A stretch of DNA of 64,000 nucleotides, from positions 22,878,001-22,942,000 of the forward strand of contig CM052830.1 in assembly GCA_028534125.1 (NCBI GenBank), read 5' to 3'. The stretch's first letter is position 1; each line of letters starts with the position of its first letter. Origin of the DNA: Lama glama (Eukaryota). The position numbers and the translations under genes were made by a program. Of this stretch, positions 50,421 through 64,000 are shown in pieces. A model generated the notes under the pieces. The model made no database searches and had not been told where the DNA came from. It saw nothing but the letters and a program-made list of their open reading frames with translations.

Positions 50421-53400
50421 CTGGGATCGAGACAAAGAAAAATATTGAGGAAGAAATAGTGTCTGTTTTCTTGAACATTTTTAAGGAAGAGTGTTTTCAC
50501 TGTGGAATTAATGTAAAAGAGTATTTCCCAGAAATTTTAAGGACTTTGGTATATTTTAGAGATTTTGGATTTTGTGTTTCAGGTCAGTATTTTAGTTCCC
50601 CGTTTCCTTGATCAGACATTGCAAGAATGTCCTCAGGTTGGGTGATAAAAACAGACTTGGACCAAGGATCATCAAATGTGATTACTTAAGAGAAAGGATT
50701 TTGCAAGCACCAGTGTCAGACCGAGTGCTAACTGTGACCGCCCCCACCCCCACCCCCACCTGAAGGTCTGGCTGTAAATCAGGTTCTGCCACTAACATTA
50801 TGACCCAGGGTGTGGTCACCCCCATTTTGCAGATGAGAAAACTGAGACTCCGAGAAACAAAGAAGCACACCCAAGCCCCACATGGAGTTCGGATAATCCC
50901 AATGGCACCTAGGGTGCCAGATCCCAGCTCAGTGCTCTCTCCACGGGCTGCACTCTGCCCCCTCTGCCCTCCTGCTTCTCAGGTCCACCCCTGACAGCAT
51001 CTGATCTTTGTCCAGCTAGCCTGGATGTCTGCCTTCCTTCTGTCCTAAGTCTGAGATTCACTGCCCTAGGATCTAGCCCCCTCAGTGGCTTCCGCCCCAG
51101 AATGAAATCATCCTGCGTGGTTCTGCCCTCTCTGGGGGCCCTTCTGAAGCTGATGGGCTGAGCCCCAGTCTCGGCTCTAGGCCTTGGCTCTGTGTTTGTG
51201 TTGGTCGGAATGACCTTAATGACCCTTACCCCTTCTTCACTGACTCTGTGGCCGAACCCTGAGCGCCTCCCGTGAGCCTCGGCCTCGCCCATCAGGATCC
51301 TTACTCCAGGAGCCTCGCTCGTGGGTTAGGTCTCTCACACTGCATTAAGATTCTGCCTCTCCCTGCGGCTCAGCAACAAAAGGCCTGGTGGAGAGGACAC
51401 TGACCTGGCCCTGCTTTCAACCACCCCGTGCCCTGCCCGTCCCTCCCGCCGCTGCCAGACTCCCCCGCTGTCTCCACACCTGACCTGCCTGCCTTCACTC
51501 TGGTGGCCGTCCACGGTGATTCTGGCCCTCTCTGTGTTGACCAGGAGGCTTGGGTGATTCAAGACCTTGCCTTCCCAAGCTCACTGCCTTGTCTCCGGCT
51601 CATGCCTGCCTCCTGGGAAGGGCCTGGAACCTTCCTCCATGAACTTCCCCCGGGAGGCCCAAGTGGACTGGGCCCAAACTCCCTGAATCCTTCCTCCCTC
51701 CACACCTTCCTAAAAGCCAGTGGCAGGTGGGTGTTGGGCAAGGAGTCCCCTCCTCCTGGGTTCATATCTTCCAAGCTCCACCGTTTCCTCCCAGTTACAA
51801 CAGTGAGGACGTAAGAGTCGTGAACACCTACGAACCAAACACCAGGAGTTCTGCTGATCAAGCCCTTTAGGTGGCTCATCTCATCCACACCGTAAGACCC
51901 TGTGAGTGGGCGCTGCGACCTCCCCAGGCTTACTGACGGGGAAGGTACAGCTCAAAGAGATTGAGAAATGCGTCAAGCATCGACCCTCGGTGGTGGGCCC
52001 AGGGCTTGAATGCAGGCCGTCCCCAGTCCTCAACCATCCTGCTGTTCCCCTCCACGGGAAACCCCAGCCTTGGAATCTTAGAGGAAAACAGACTTCCCAG
52101 TGGGCACGTTTCACTGTCTTCCCAAGGCCTCCGTCTCACACCCACAGGGCCGGGCTCACAGGAGACACGCGCCCCTCTCCCGCCGTGGCTCCTCCTCACT
52201 GCTGACTCTCAGTCACACATCTGCTTCGCAGGTAAAGGGGGGGAGGGTTAGTCACTGTCACATCAACTACCTCAGACATCGACATCCAACTGCGAAAACC
52301 AGCCCTCAGCGGGTGTTCAGACTCTTCTCACACAAAACAAACCCTTAGGCAATCTGCTCTGTCTAAACATTTACATCCCACCCGATCTTTTAAAACTCTG
52401 GGTTCTGCCAACACTTTCAGAGCCTGGACTTTTTGGAAGGCAGTTCCCATGGCTCATTTTGTGTTGCATAAAAACATAAACGTCAGGATTGCCGGGTTTA
52501 TTGGGTCCCACTGATAACCACGAAGCACGATACTTCGGGCCTTTCCCACCGTGGGCTCTCCCACAATAGGCAGAACAAAGTCTCACACGCGAGTCCCCAG
52601 ACCTCGGCCCTGACATGCATCACACTGACTTCTTAGAAGTCCCCTGAGAAGCTGGGGACATGAGCCTTCCAGCCCACTCCTCCAGGCCCAGGGAGCCTTG
52701 CTCTGCTCAGCAGCCGAGACTGAACAAGGGCATTTTCAGGCTCAGCTCTGCTCAGTCCTTCGGCTACTAGCAGCCAAGTCTAGAAGCACGATGGGTCCCT
52801 CTTCCTGCCAGCGATGGGCTTAGATTGGGGCATACTGCGTGTAAAGGGCCGAATGACACCCAGGCCCCTGCAGAATCCCAGCTCTGTGTCACTCGCCCTC
52901 AACAAAGGGAGACCTGTGTGTGACCTGCAGATTCCACAAAAGCCTGGGACCATCACCCCAGTAACGCCTGGGGCTTCCCCATTCATTCATCCACTCTCCT
53001 GTCAATCGACTCTCCCTCCTTCCTTCTCTTCCTCCTTCCTTCCCTTCTCCTCTTCCTCCTTCTTGCAGTCCACTTTCTTTCTTTCTGCATTTCACTGAAC
53101 GCTTGCTATAAGCCATTACGATGCTAGGTACTAGGGAGACAGGCGGATGCAAGAAACATGGTCCTGCTCTCATGATGGATCATTTCTGGATCTGAATGAG
53201 GGGGGCCCTGTATTTATCTCTGTTCATCTGAACACCTTGTTGTCAGGTGCAGCCATGTGACCTGACTGAGTTCTGGCCAATGGAAGTGGGTAGCAGCCAC
53301 ATATACCACCTCCCGTAAGTTGCAAAAGGTAAGATGCATTGCAAAGGTACCATTTTAGAAAGACATTAAACAAGTATTACACACTTTGTTAAGATTCGTA

Positions 53401-53841
53401 CACGAGTCAAAAACCACAAGAACACGCAGAGAAGGCTATCCCTTGCCTTCAGTGTATCAGCTTCTGGTGAGGAGATTAAGGAAGAAGAAATGATCGGGTG
53501 GGTTTTAGCTATTTCTGTATCTTTAAAAACTTGTATCAAATATGGCAAAACAATAGCGCACATTAAATGTCAGCTGTGAGCACACCATGCTCTATGACTT
53601 CCTACACTTTTCTCTCCATTTGAGAATTTCTAATTTAAATGACAATAATATAAAAGTATGACAGGTCTAGTCACCACAGCTGGGTAAGCCTTCCCAGCAC
53701 AGCCACAGGCAGAAACAAGCTTGTCCCCAGACCCGGGGGCGTGCAGCTCTGGAAGAGCACCAGCCGCGCCACCTACTGCGGCCATCCCAGCTCTCCAAGT
53801 CTCCCGTTCCTCACCCTGAGGATGGAGACCATGCCTGTCTC

Positions 53842-54397
53842 CGTCCTATGGCTGAGTAGTATCCCACTGCCTACACATACGGCTTCTTTGTCCAGGCATC
53901 TGCTGATGGACATTTAGGTTCTTTCCATGTCTTGGCTATTGTACACAGTGTCATTTGCAGCAACATGGATGGACCGGGAGATCATCATTCTAAGCAAAGT
54001 GAGCCAGAAAGAGAAAGAAAAATATCATATGATATCACTCATGTGAAATCTAAAAAAAGAAAAAGAAAAAAGAAGACAGTAATGAACTCATCTACGAAAC
54101 AGCAACAGACTCACAGACACAGTAAACAAACTTATGGTTACCAGGGGGAAAGGGGTTGGGAAGGGATAAACTGGGAGTTCAAGATCTGCAAAATACTAAC
54201 TAGTATAGATAAAATAGATTAAAAAAACCACATTTCCTCTGTACAGCACAGGGAACTATATTCAATATCTTGTAAAAACCTATAATGAAAAAGAATATGA
54301 AAACAAAATATATGTATGCCTATGTATGACTGAAACATTATGCTGTTCACCAGAAGTCAATACATTGTAACTGCCTATATTTCAATTAAAAAAAAAA
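53842..54397 (+). mobile_element. 5'-inverted L1 inserted into a MIR
   Basis: 53842-53950 is antisense L1 (tatggctgagtagtatccc...ggacatttaggttctttccatgtcttggctattgt) and 53951-54397 is sense L1 to the poly(A). TSD at 53826-53841 / 54398-54413. The MIR continues to about 54510. Confidence 0.88.
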
Positions 54398-56924
54398 AGA
54401 TAATGTCTATCTCATAGGTTTGTTTATAAGAATTAAATGGGATAATCCATGGAAAGCATTTTGCACAATGCAAACACATAGTAATTGTTCAATAAATAGT
54501 AGTTATTATAATGATTATTTTTATTATTGTAAGTAAAGTTCTCTCTGAGCATAAATTGGTAGAACCAATACAAAAAATGGGTAAGATCCACATTAATCAT
54601 TAGTCCTCTTAAAAGGCAGAAAGTTTGTCAAAACAGGTCAGAAAGACCTGTCTAGCTTTATTTTTTAAGGTGGTTTATGATAAGCAGTTCACAACATGAA
54701 GAAGGGCTCTGTTATCAGAAGGGAGTCATCTGTCTGGATTCGCAGGAGGGTGAATCACCTCCAGCTGTACCCCAGGGAGAGCACGGCCTGGACAGCAGGT
54801 GAGCGTCTGTTTTCTGGACACACGCTTTCTGATCGTGAGAAAGGAAACACCAGACTCCAGGACTTCAAGCCTCCTTAGACTCTCTCCGCTCAAATTCAAT
54901 GGTCAAGTGACCTTTCAATAAAAATGCTATAATATCAGTAACTACCACAGGGTGTGGAACCTACACATGACACCACGTGTCTCACAATTCAGTAGAATGA
55001 ATGACTATTATCCTATTTCACAAATAAGAAAATTAAGGTTCCACGAACGTCGAAAAATTACACAAAGTCACACAGCGTGAGCGGAGGGCTGGGCCAGCAA
55101 CCAATGTTTAAGTTGCCCTTGTCCAGCCGAACAGCTCATGCTCATTCCACCACAGGGTGACGGCTGCTCTTCCTTTGGAGTGATCACTGGCTTCCCCACA
55201 TGTCTTCCTCTAGGGAGAAGGCGGCGGGGGCAGCTAACACGAGTGCCTGTGTCACCTGGCGGGTGCATTTGTTAGCTTAATAATTTGGAGCTCGTGCAGT
55301 TCAGGTCACTGCCACTTCACGTCTGAGTCTGCAGGGGAGCACCGGCTGTCGTGCTGGGTTCAGACGAGCGTCCCCTCTTCAGAGGAGCTGCCGGAGCTGT
55401 CACCTCGTCTACTCTGACATGGCTTCTTTTCCTCCGTCCAACCTCAGCATACTTCTACCAAATTGAGGCAACCGGAGAAAGAACACGGTCTTTGCAGAAG
55501 AAGCCGGCCGTACGAAGGAGCATGACTGGCACCGTTACTTAGCCCAGCAAAGCATGGGACCCCCCCCGAACACTTCCGGTTACACCCACAGGCCTGGGGC
55601 AGCAATCCAGAGAGATGCTGGCACAAATCATCCGGCACAAGCACTAACAGGCCCCTCTCATTTCTTCTTCAACAACGTCACAGGATCGCTACTGATGGAG
55701 GAAAAGCAGGAAGGCGCATTTTGGACCCAGGCAGTTTCTGTCTGCCCAGGTGCTAAACAACGGCTTTTTCTCGGTCTCACTTCTGTTTACTCTTTACCTG
55801 ATACCATAAGAAAGAGATAATTTCGCCTAGAAATTTTCAGCCCTCACAGCCTCTCTCCCTCCTATGCATCTGATCTTTTACCCAAAAAATCTATTTAAAA
55901 GCTGTAATACAAACTCCGGGACTATTTTTTTTAAAGAGAATCTTTAAACACAGTACATTTTCAATTGCTCAAGAGAAACAAAGTAAAGATGTTGCAAGGT
56001 GCCCTGTAAGCTTTGATGTAAATAAACAGCCGCCAGTCAGCTCAGGGCCAATCGTGTGAGTATTTCACCGTGCATTTCAATCAAATCCTTTCTTGGAAAA
56101 CTTATTCAGAGACAGCAAGGGCTACAACATGGTCACCAAACACACGGCCCCGTACCGAAACTGTGCGAGGCAGCACGTGGGTACCGTGCGACCCCTGCTC
56201 TGAACGTCTCTCATACGGAGGCAACGGCCCGAATCCCCCCACAGAACAGAATGCGGTGGGAAGGTACACAGACGCCCGACCGAGAAGTGGGACTTAGAGG
56301 GGAAATTTGAAAACGAAGGTTGTTTTGCACACAGCCCGCTGCGTGTCAGCAGCAGCGCTGGGTAAAGGCTGGAGGCCTTTAAACTACAGCCGTGTTCCCA
56401 AGTGGAGTCAAATCCTTTAAAACCTGAAGGACTCTTCCAAGACCGCATGATTAAAGTAGTGTTAACAGCACTGTGACAACGAAAACGTCACTTCTGCGTT
56501 GACTTTGTGATGCTCTTTGTGCCGGCTCATGGGCCACTTTTGGGCAGAGACCAGTCTGGAAACGGGGATAAAACTTTGGGGACAGTCAACAGTCTTTTCC
56601 AGGCCAGGCAGAAACCATCCTTGGGGGTACAGAACAAAAACAGCAAACCAAGTATTCGCTGGCAGCTCTTACCAGCACGTTGCTAAAATTCCCAGGCCAG
56701 CAATGCAGCCAGTATGGGAATCTGCTTCCAGGCTCTTGGCCGTGACCGAAGTCACACGCCCACTTCTGCTAGGGCAGAGATTCATCCCTGCTGCCATCCT
56801 GGCCTCGGTCTTGTCCTTCGTTCTCATTTCTCCAACTGCTGCCGAGGGGCTCCCCTTTAATATCCCGACTTCACTTCCAACCGAGAACACCTAAAACTCA
56901 ACCCACCCTTTGGAAACTCCGCAG

Positions 56925-57115
56925 CCCCACTGGGGAGAGACACCTGGAATCTGTGCCTGGTCTCCCCGGGGCTTCGCCCCACGTGCCTTCTCCCTTTGCT
57001 GATTCAGTCTGTGCCTCTTTACTGTGATAAACCATCACTGCAAATAAAACAGCTTTCCTGGGTCCTGTGATCCCATCTTGCAAATGATCAGGCCTGAGGG
57101 TGGCCTTGGGGCCCC
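56925..57115 (+). mobile_element. ERVL LTR fragment (MER21-like)
   Basis: cactggggagagacacctggaatctgtgcctggtctcc...ccctttgctgatt...ctgggtcctgtga...ctgagggtggccttgggg. Confidence 0.6.
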
Positions 57116-60100
57116 GGGCCCGCTTGGTCTTAGAGGCTGGGCATGCTGGGACAGAGTGCGCTCAGCACCCCAGGCAATCTCGTGGACGCAGAAGTCAAGC
57201 GTAAGAGTGAGTCAGCCTGGGGCAGAAACCCGGGCGGGACAGCGACCTAAGGCGCTGCTGAGGGACCCGAGCCCGCTTCCTGTCGGCCTTGACAACTAGC
57301 TAGTGGAAAGGGCTACTAGTCAAGAGGAGCAACACTCACAGACGAGAGCCCCCGGGAGTCCCCAGGACACAGCGGGGCCGGGCTGGCCCCGGGCCTGGAA
57401 GGAACACAGGTTCCTCAAGGCTGGGATCTGAGGGATGGCCACACAGCCGGACCTGGAGGGAAGGCCCTGAGATGACGCCTGAACATCCTTCCGGGCTTGG
57501 AAATGACACCAGCTTAGAAACCTAAGAAATGCACGCTCGTACTTGAGAACAACCGCTCCGGATTACGATCCATGAGGAGAAACGCAACACGGGGGAAAAG
57601 TGCTTCGCACACCACCCAGGGACCACAGCACGGCTGGAAGACGCTGCGTTAAGCGCTAGGAATAGTTTCTTTTGTTTGTTTTTAATGGACTTTCTCAGAG
57701 CCTTTAATATGCTAACATGCACGGTGAGTTGTCCAGACTGCAACCTGCAGCATTCCGACTCCACCTGACCACTGCACGCCCTTTCCAGCAGGACTTCAAA
57801 GACCTGCTTCGCTGGACACCAGGCTGCGAAACGTTCATCCAGTGACACAGAAGCCCACGCTGAGCAAAACACAAGCACACGTGTTCCCAAACCCTCTCTC
57901 CCGTGAGTCCTTTTGCACATGTACTGCTTTGTCTTCCTTAGTTTCTTAGTAAAGACCCTCGAGATGCAGGAAGGGGCACTGAAATGAATGCAGGCTTTTA
58001 AGAAAGACAAACCTGGGTGTGACCTCAGTTTCCCGGGACATGGTGGTCACACATCTCAGGGATATTATGAGGATAAAAAGGAGACAACATTTTTGAATTG
58101 TCTAGCACAGGGCTGGCCGTAAGAAAAGGCAGCAATAAATACACAAGTCCCTCCGTCTCCCTGTCTAACTTTAAGCCTTCAAGTTCTTAGGCACAGGTTT
58201 GAGAGGCAACGTGGGCATCTTCACACGAGGTTGCTCCGGTGTTAACAGCAAGATGTGGACTCCAGTCAGCCACGCACGGTGGTGGTGGTGGCGGCGGCCA
58301 CCCGGTCATTTGGAGGACCCGGAGGACTCAGGGCACTGGGGAGGAGGGGAGTGGGGGCCCCGGAAGGAGAGGTTGGGTCTGGCTGTGAGGAGACGCCTTT
58401 CCCAGCAGGACGGGCAAGCCCTGCCCTGCCGTTGGAGTCCGCGGCTTCTCCACGCTCTCCTGCTTCTCCAGGACAGCCAGTCTCCCTGTCCGGTCATCCT
58501 GCTCACAAGGGTAACGATGGCTACAGCTTAGGTGCATCCTAAGTACCGGGCAGCTCACAACAAAACCCCAACAGCTCAGAGTTAAACAATAAAGAAAATG
58601 AACTCAGAAGGCAGAGCACCTTCGAAGGTCACAAGAGTGGAATCGATAGTGTCGAGCTCCAAAGCCACATCAACCACAGCCCTCAGCCGAGCTCCATCCT
58701 CTCTCACAGGGGCCCCTCGGCTTTGCAGCCCTGCCGCCAGCTCCTGGGGTGGTCTTGGGAAGACAGCTCACCACGTCAAGAACCGGTGTTTGATGGCAAC
58801 TGAACGCGTCTCCACATTCTGTCATTCCGTCCTTCCCCGGCAGATTGCAGGGGCTCCTCCTAGCCTCAAGCCTGTCCTCTGGGGACGGAGCATCTTGGGT
58901 TGGGAGTTGCGCTTTGATGTATTGAGCAAGAAGATTAATGGAGAAAAATGCTTCGTCCTAGGCTGGTAGGTGAGTGGCCATGTGATTTTCATTTCCCCGT
59001 CATCCATCAGCTCTGGGTCACGGGGAACAGCCTCCTACCTTCTTAGGGCTTTCCTCAGAATCTTTGTATCAGGAAACACTTGCCCACCTTTCACCAGCAG
59101 CAGAGCGGTGGGGGAAAGAGGCTAAAAAATGTGTGCAGGGCCACTGGCAACTGACGGAAGAGAAGTGTCACAAACAAGCCTCGTGTGTGTGCTGCCCAGG
59201 CCAGGGAGAGACAGCAGTCCAGTAAGGACATGTGTGTCTGCCAGCATCTGGATCCATTCAGTGAGCATATTTATCCCGTAACAACACGAGGCCATGACGA
59301 TTAATGATCTCCTATGCTCTACCACTCTTTCTGCACGCATCCACAAGTCTGTTAGGGAGACTCCCTATCCGAGATGGGGCAAACGTGCATTGTGGTTACT
59401 TCTTTCCAGCAGGGTCTCTTCCATGGAACACCTTCTACCACGGACAAGGCTGGAGAGCACTGGCAAGCCCTTGAGGGTCTTCCAAATTAGCAGCATCTGA
59501 GTTATTGGATAATAACTTCAAGGTTCTCCAGTAATGTGCTTGCATCTTCCAGATGGAAACACTGATAAAAACCCTCAAATTGGGTGAGAAAAAAAAAAAA
59601 GGGAAAGAAAATTTGGTGCGAAATTTTAGCGGCCAGACTGGAAGTTTCACTGCCAAAGAGATATTTAAATACACAGGATGACACGGCACATCCTGACCAC
59701 ACCGGAAACAGACCGCGCGGGAACACACCGGGAGACAGCGCAGTCCTCCGCACGGCACCCTTCAGAAGAAGTGACAGAGACGTCTCCCCTGAACCCCGTC
59801 CAGAGGACGCAGGGTCTGACGTGGCAGGTGTCAAAGCGCCGTCCAACCTCGGAAGGGAGCTCGCCCTCCTTCCCCTTGGTGGCTCCCCTGGTGAGGGCGG
59901 CGCAGAGGATCCCCGTCAAAGCCGGTCACAGCCAGCTGGGACAGGCTTTTCCACGGTTCAGAGAGCGCGTGGTCCCGCCCTTCCCGTGATTCGGTCCTTT
60001 CGGCTTCCCTCCAGGGCAAGTTGACCATCCTGGGCGCTTTCCAGGGTGAGCTGCCTCCTTGGGGGGCCTCGTGAGCAGGCAGCTTGGGCCGCTCTGCTCT

Positions 60101-60249
60101 TGGCCCCTAGCACCCTGCCCTCGGGGACATGTCCTTCTCCACTTCTGCCATCTGACCCTGAAGGTCACAAGAGGGCCAAGCAGGGCAAGGGAACCAAAGG
60201 GGCCCGCTCTGGGCCCAGCAGAGGGGTCCTCAAGAACCAAAGTGGAGCA

Positions 60250-60900
60250 GCCCCGGGGGCCCGGCCCGGGGAGCAGCCGAGAGGCGTCTGGAGTCTGGAG
60301 GCACCACGCACTTGCCTGGGGGACCCCTCCGGGCAAACGCTCCCCGGAGGAACCACGCCGGCGTCGAGGCCGGGCTGGGACTGACCCACAAGGGCAGGCG
60401 GCTTCCGGCACAGCACCCAGTTGCGGGGCAGGTCAGCCAGACGAAGGGCTCTGGACGCAGGACTGCGGGAAGGGGCATCGGTGATGATGTGGGGAAGCCT
60501 GGAGGGAAGACTCCGGAAGAGGCGACACGTTCCAGACCCGAGGCCAACGTCTGGCAGGCCCACCGCCCCCGTTCTTCCCACAGAAACAGAACTAACAAGC
60601 AGGGCTCTCACCTCAGGCGTCCTGCTCCCCGCAGAACGGCCGTGCGGGGAGCACGCGTCACATCGCTCTCCACAACTTCAGGGCCCACGTTCCGTCTGTC
60701 CCCATGCCCCCGTCAGCCAAGCAGGCGGCAGCGCCGGCCAGAGCCTGGTCACGACGTGGCCCGCGCTGCCTGCCCGCGTCCTGCCCGGGTGCGCGCGGGC
60801 CTCGCCGGGAGGCCGGAGCCACGTGTGCTGACGGGGGCCTTTGCAGACTCGGTGCCAGGGTTTCCCCTGGACGTGGCGAATCAGAGCCTCCTGGGTGAGG
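60250..60900. promoter_or_regulatory. CpG-rich patch
   Basis: High CpG density (gcccgggtgcgcgcgggcctcgccggg). Confidence 0.4.
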
Positions 60901-62439
60901 GAGTCTGGGGACGAGGCCAGCAATGGGTGCTGAGAGGCACACGGGGCACAAGGGCAGGCCTGCCGTCAGAAATCCGCAGACCACCAGCCGCATGCAGGGT
61001 CTCTGGCTGGGGGCCACCATTTCTTGGGACCAAACCAAGGCCTCACAGGGGAGGGCGGCCCCCTGAGTCCCCTGCACAATGCGAGTGGTGGGGAGGAGGG
61101 CAGAACGAGGAACCAGAGCCTGGGGACTATGGTGCTGGAAGAAAATGGGTGTAGTCTTGATCAGATGAGGGGAGGTGACGGACAGACCTGTCACTCTCCG
61201 GTGGCCAGGCAGACTCCCTGCTGGCCCAAAGAAGGGATGTGTCCACCGGGCTAAGAGTGGATAGGAGTGTGCGGAGATAGTAGCGCCAAGTCTTCATTAC
61301 CTGCTGCCTTAGCTCACTCCCCACAGACACCCCCAGCCATCCCACTGGGACCCTGGGTGTGAGCCGGCCCCTCGCCGGTGGTGTGCGCCGGGCGGAGCGA
61401 GGACGGGGCGTGCTCTCAGCAGCAGCCCAGGGCCGCTCTGCTGCATGGGGCCCGCTCGTCTCGGCCCCCTGCTCTGGCTCTTCCAGCTGCGTGTTCCGCC
61501 GCGGTGCCTGTTTCTGGTTGCTTTGGCTCTGGTGACCCCCTGGCCTCCCCTCTGGGGGCATCAGAGTTTGGCTTCTCTGTGTGGGTCTTAGCTCTGCTCT
61601 GCCTGCCCCCACCCTCCGTCACTTCCAGCGTTCTCTCCAGCCTGGGCTAGAGGGTCTCTAGGTAGCCCCAAGCTCGTGGAATCCCACCAGACAAGCACTG
61701 AGAACCCTGCCAGCGAAGGGAGTCAGATGGTGACACTCGACTGCTTGCCTCCTACATGCAGAAGGATGTTCTGGGTTTGAACCTATTGGTTTAAACCTCA
61801 GTCTTCAGCAATGTGTCCCCAAACAGAACAGTCCTAACCTGGCTCCCACGGAGAGACCCCCAGTTCTCGTCTGCCCTTGCAGACCAGGGTGGGCAACAGG
61901 CAACAGAGACCGGATCCCAGCAAGACCCCTGCAGGAGGGACCAAAGGTCACCCCATCCTCCTAGTGTCATGTTCTGCAAAGGCTGAGCCACGTGTCCTCC
62001 CCTCCCAACAGCCCCCTGGCTGGGGGAGAGGACCCCCACCTTGCAGGTCTCCAGGCAGAACCCAAGTCCAACTGGTTGAAGCACACACGCAGGTGAGAAA
62101 CCTGGAGCTGTAAACTGAATCTCAAATGGCTAGAGAAGGTCTCCAGAGGAAAACTGATGTAAAAGAGACATCAAATTACTTCTCAAAAGAAAACACAAGT
62201 ATCACTCTGATGTTCTTCTGGGAAAAGGACAGCCCACAGCAGAAAAGGGAATCTCGGGAAAAGGAAGAATAAACAAAGGGGATCAGGCCTTCTGGATATT
62301 AACACATATTACACAGGAGTCATAATGGAATCATACAACAGTTTAAAACTTTATCTTATATAAATAAAAAAACATAAAAATTAAAAAAATACATATATCT
62401 TACAGGGTGTTGTAAGAGCTATTCTGAGATATTGCATGG

Positions 62440-62680
62440 CACTGACTGATTACTTAGCAACAAACATTGTCTAAATGATTTATACACACTCACTCGTTTA
62501 ATCGTCATAGCAATCACGTGAGGTAGGTACTGCTTTATAATCCCCATTTACAGGTGGGAAACTGAGGGCAACAGAACTTAAGCAGCTTGCTCAAGGTCAT
62601 ACAGCCATAGAGTTAGTAAGTCAAATCCAGACAGTCTAAAACCAGAGTCAGTGTTTGCATCCATTATTCTCAGCTGCTCC
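62440..62680 (-). mobile_element. MIR SINE
   Basis: ctcgtttaatcgtcatagcaatcacgtgaggtaggtactg...ccccatttacaggtgggaaactgaggg...ttgctcaaggtcatacagc. Confidence 0.8.
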
Positions 62681-62944
62681 AGCAAAATCAACTGAAATGT
62701 TCACTGTAGGATGCATTTTAAATGGGTTATTGTCAGTAAACTCAAAACGGTACTGTGGAGCCCTAAATGATGGTTATTAAACAAAGAAGGAATCTGGAGA
62801 ACTGCTTATGATGTAATGGAATTTTGAAAAATGCAGAATAAAAGATGTACAGGCACCGAGCAAAATTTTAAAAACACACAGATGGACAAACTGGAAGGAA
62901 ACACGTATCTGTGGAAGCAAGCATGACGGCTGATCTAGGTTAGG

Positions 62945-63065
62945 GCAGTGGTCCCACCCCACACCAACGAAATCAATGTCTGGCGTTGGGGACCAGGCTC
63001 CAGCAGTTTTTAAAGATCCCCAGGAAATTGACTCCAATGACCGTCATGTTTAGGAGCCTCTGGTC
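62945..63065. mobile_element. MER5-family MITE fragment
   Basis: gcagtggtccc...tttttaaagatccccaggaaattgactccaatg...tttaggagcctctggt. Confidence 0.55.
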
Positions 63066-63319
63066 CAGAGTTCAGAACCAGGTGAAAGAGGCCAAAGAGA
63101 GCCCGGTTTCTCTTTTATCCCCTACAAATGAGGGTAAATGAAAGTTTTATACAAATCTAAAGAGAAATAGTAATTAGCAAAAGACTGAACAAGTCAGTCA
63201 TAAAAGTAGAAGTAAAAATGGCAGGCCATCTGAGAGGGAACGCCATAATCTGCGGGAATTTGGAAACTGCACACAAGGGCAGGCCTCGTTGTCAGGGAGA
63301 CTAGAGGCTCTGAAAGACA

Positions 63320-63530
63320 TGCAGCACCTGTGCCAGGGGCTGTGCTAGGTAGTTTTCATTCCCTACTGCATTTGATCGGAGTGTTAACCCTGCAAAGTCA
63401 GAACAGCTAACCCAGCTTCACAGATGAATAATCCGAGGCTCACAGGGTTCAAGAAATGTGCCCAATCTCACCTAGTTATAGCAAGGGCCTGAGCTAGAAT
63501 TAAATTTACATTTGTCTGAATTCAACACCC
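63320..63530 (-). mobile_element. MIR SINE
   Basis: tgtgccaggggctgtgctaggt...cagatgaataatccgaggctcacagggttcaagaaatgtgcccaa. Confidence 0.7.
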
Positions 63531-64000
63531 TCTTCTTGAGAGACAGAAAACACAGCCATCTAGGAAGAAGGCAGTGTCACTGGACTTGACATCAGGTGAC
63601 AGGTGTTCTGGCCCAGGTTTTAACTCTTCCTAATTGGGGCGAGTCACCTAATCTCTTTTGGGGGAGACAATACGCATGCTGATGAAGTGGGAGGGTGCAA
63701 GAGAAGTGACAGCAAAAATGACAATCCTGATTATGATAAAATGTAGAGGCTCATTGAGATCTGATGCAGAGGTGCCCAATCTGTGCCAAGAGCACCAATA
63801 TGAGGGCAGGTGAGGAAGGAAGAAGCTGCCAAGCTGGGTCTCAGACACTCCGAGAGGCTCCTGAGCTGAGCTGGGTGGGGGAGAATTGAGACCTGAAGCA
63901 AAGGGTGTCCTGGGGACCCAACAACAAAAATTCTGCTTCTGCAACCACGGAGGGGATTAAAATAAAAGGTCAGGGGCTCAAAGAGAAATTAGCTATAAAA

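Noticed and set aside
746-56098. About ten TTCYNRGAA STAT-like sites across the window
   Set aside because: They are dispersed and not clustered, so enrichment cannot be claimed without a background model.
60312-61154. Longest ORF (280 aa) and other long ORFs, e.g. 15633-16442, 38135-38899 and 30467-31078
   Set aside because: Rich in Pro/Arg/Gly/Ala, overlapping on both strands and without recognisable domains. This is expected from stop-codon scarcity in GC-rich DNA.

Overview
Mammalian genomic DNA, probably from a camelid (alpaca or camel), judging by the tRNA-derived Vic-type SINEs and the L1 3' ends. It is GC/CpG-rich, with two 139-nt assembly gaps. I could not support any host protein-coding exon, tRNA, rRNA or known ncRNA gene. 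The six-frame ORFs are mostly GC-driven noise, and the window looks intergenic or deep intronic. Its content is interspersed repeats (L1, L2, MIR, HAL1, MER/Tigger DNA transposons, MaLR/ERVL LTRs, SINEs), simple repeats and several CpG-rich patches, the strongest being promoter-like at about 32-33 kb. Three signals stand out. (1) A frameshifted Ty3/Gypsy RT-connection/RNase H fossil at about 22.06-22.50 kb keeps three of the four acidic active-site positions. (2) Patchy, strongly directional A/T-to-G/C substitution has turned old AT-rich repeats into CpG-rich DNA. This is visible by comparing copies inside the window and is consistent with GC-biased gene conversion. (3) A 5'-inverted (twin-primed) L1 sits inside a MIR, and its two TSD copies have diverged asymmetrically. 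Repeat family names come from recalled consensus sequences, not from a database search, and most boundaries are approximate.
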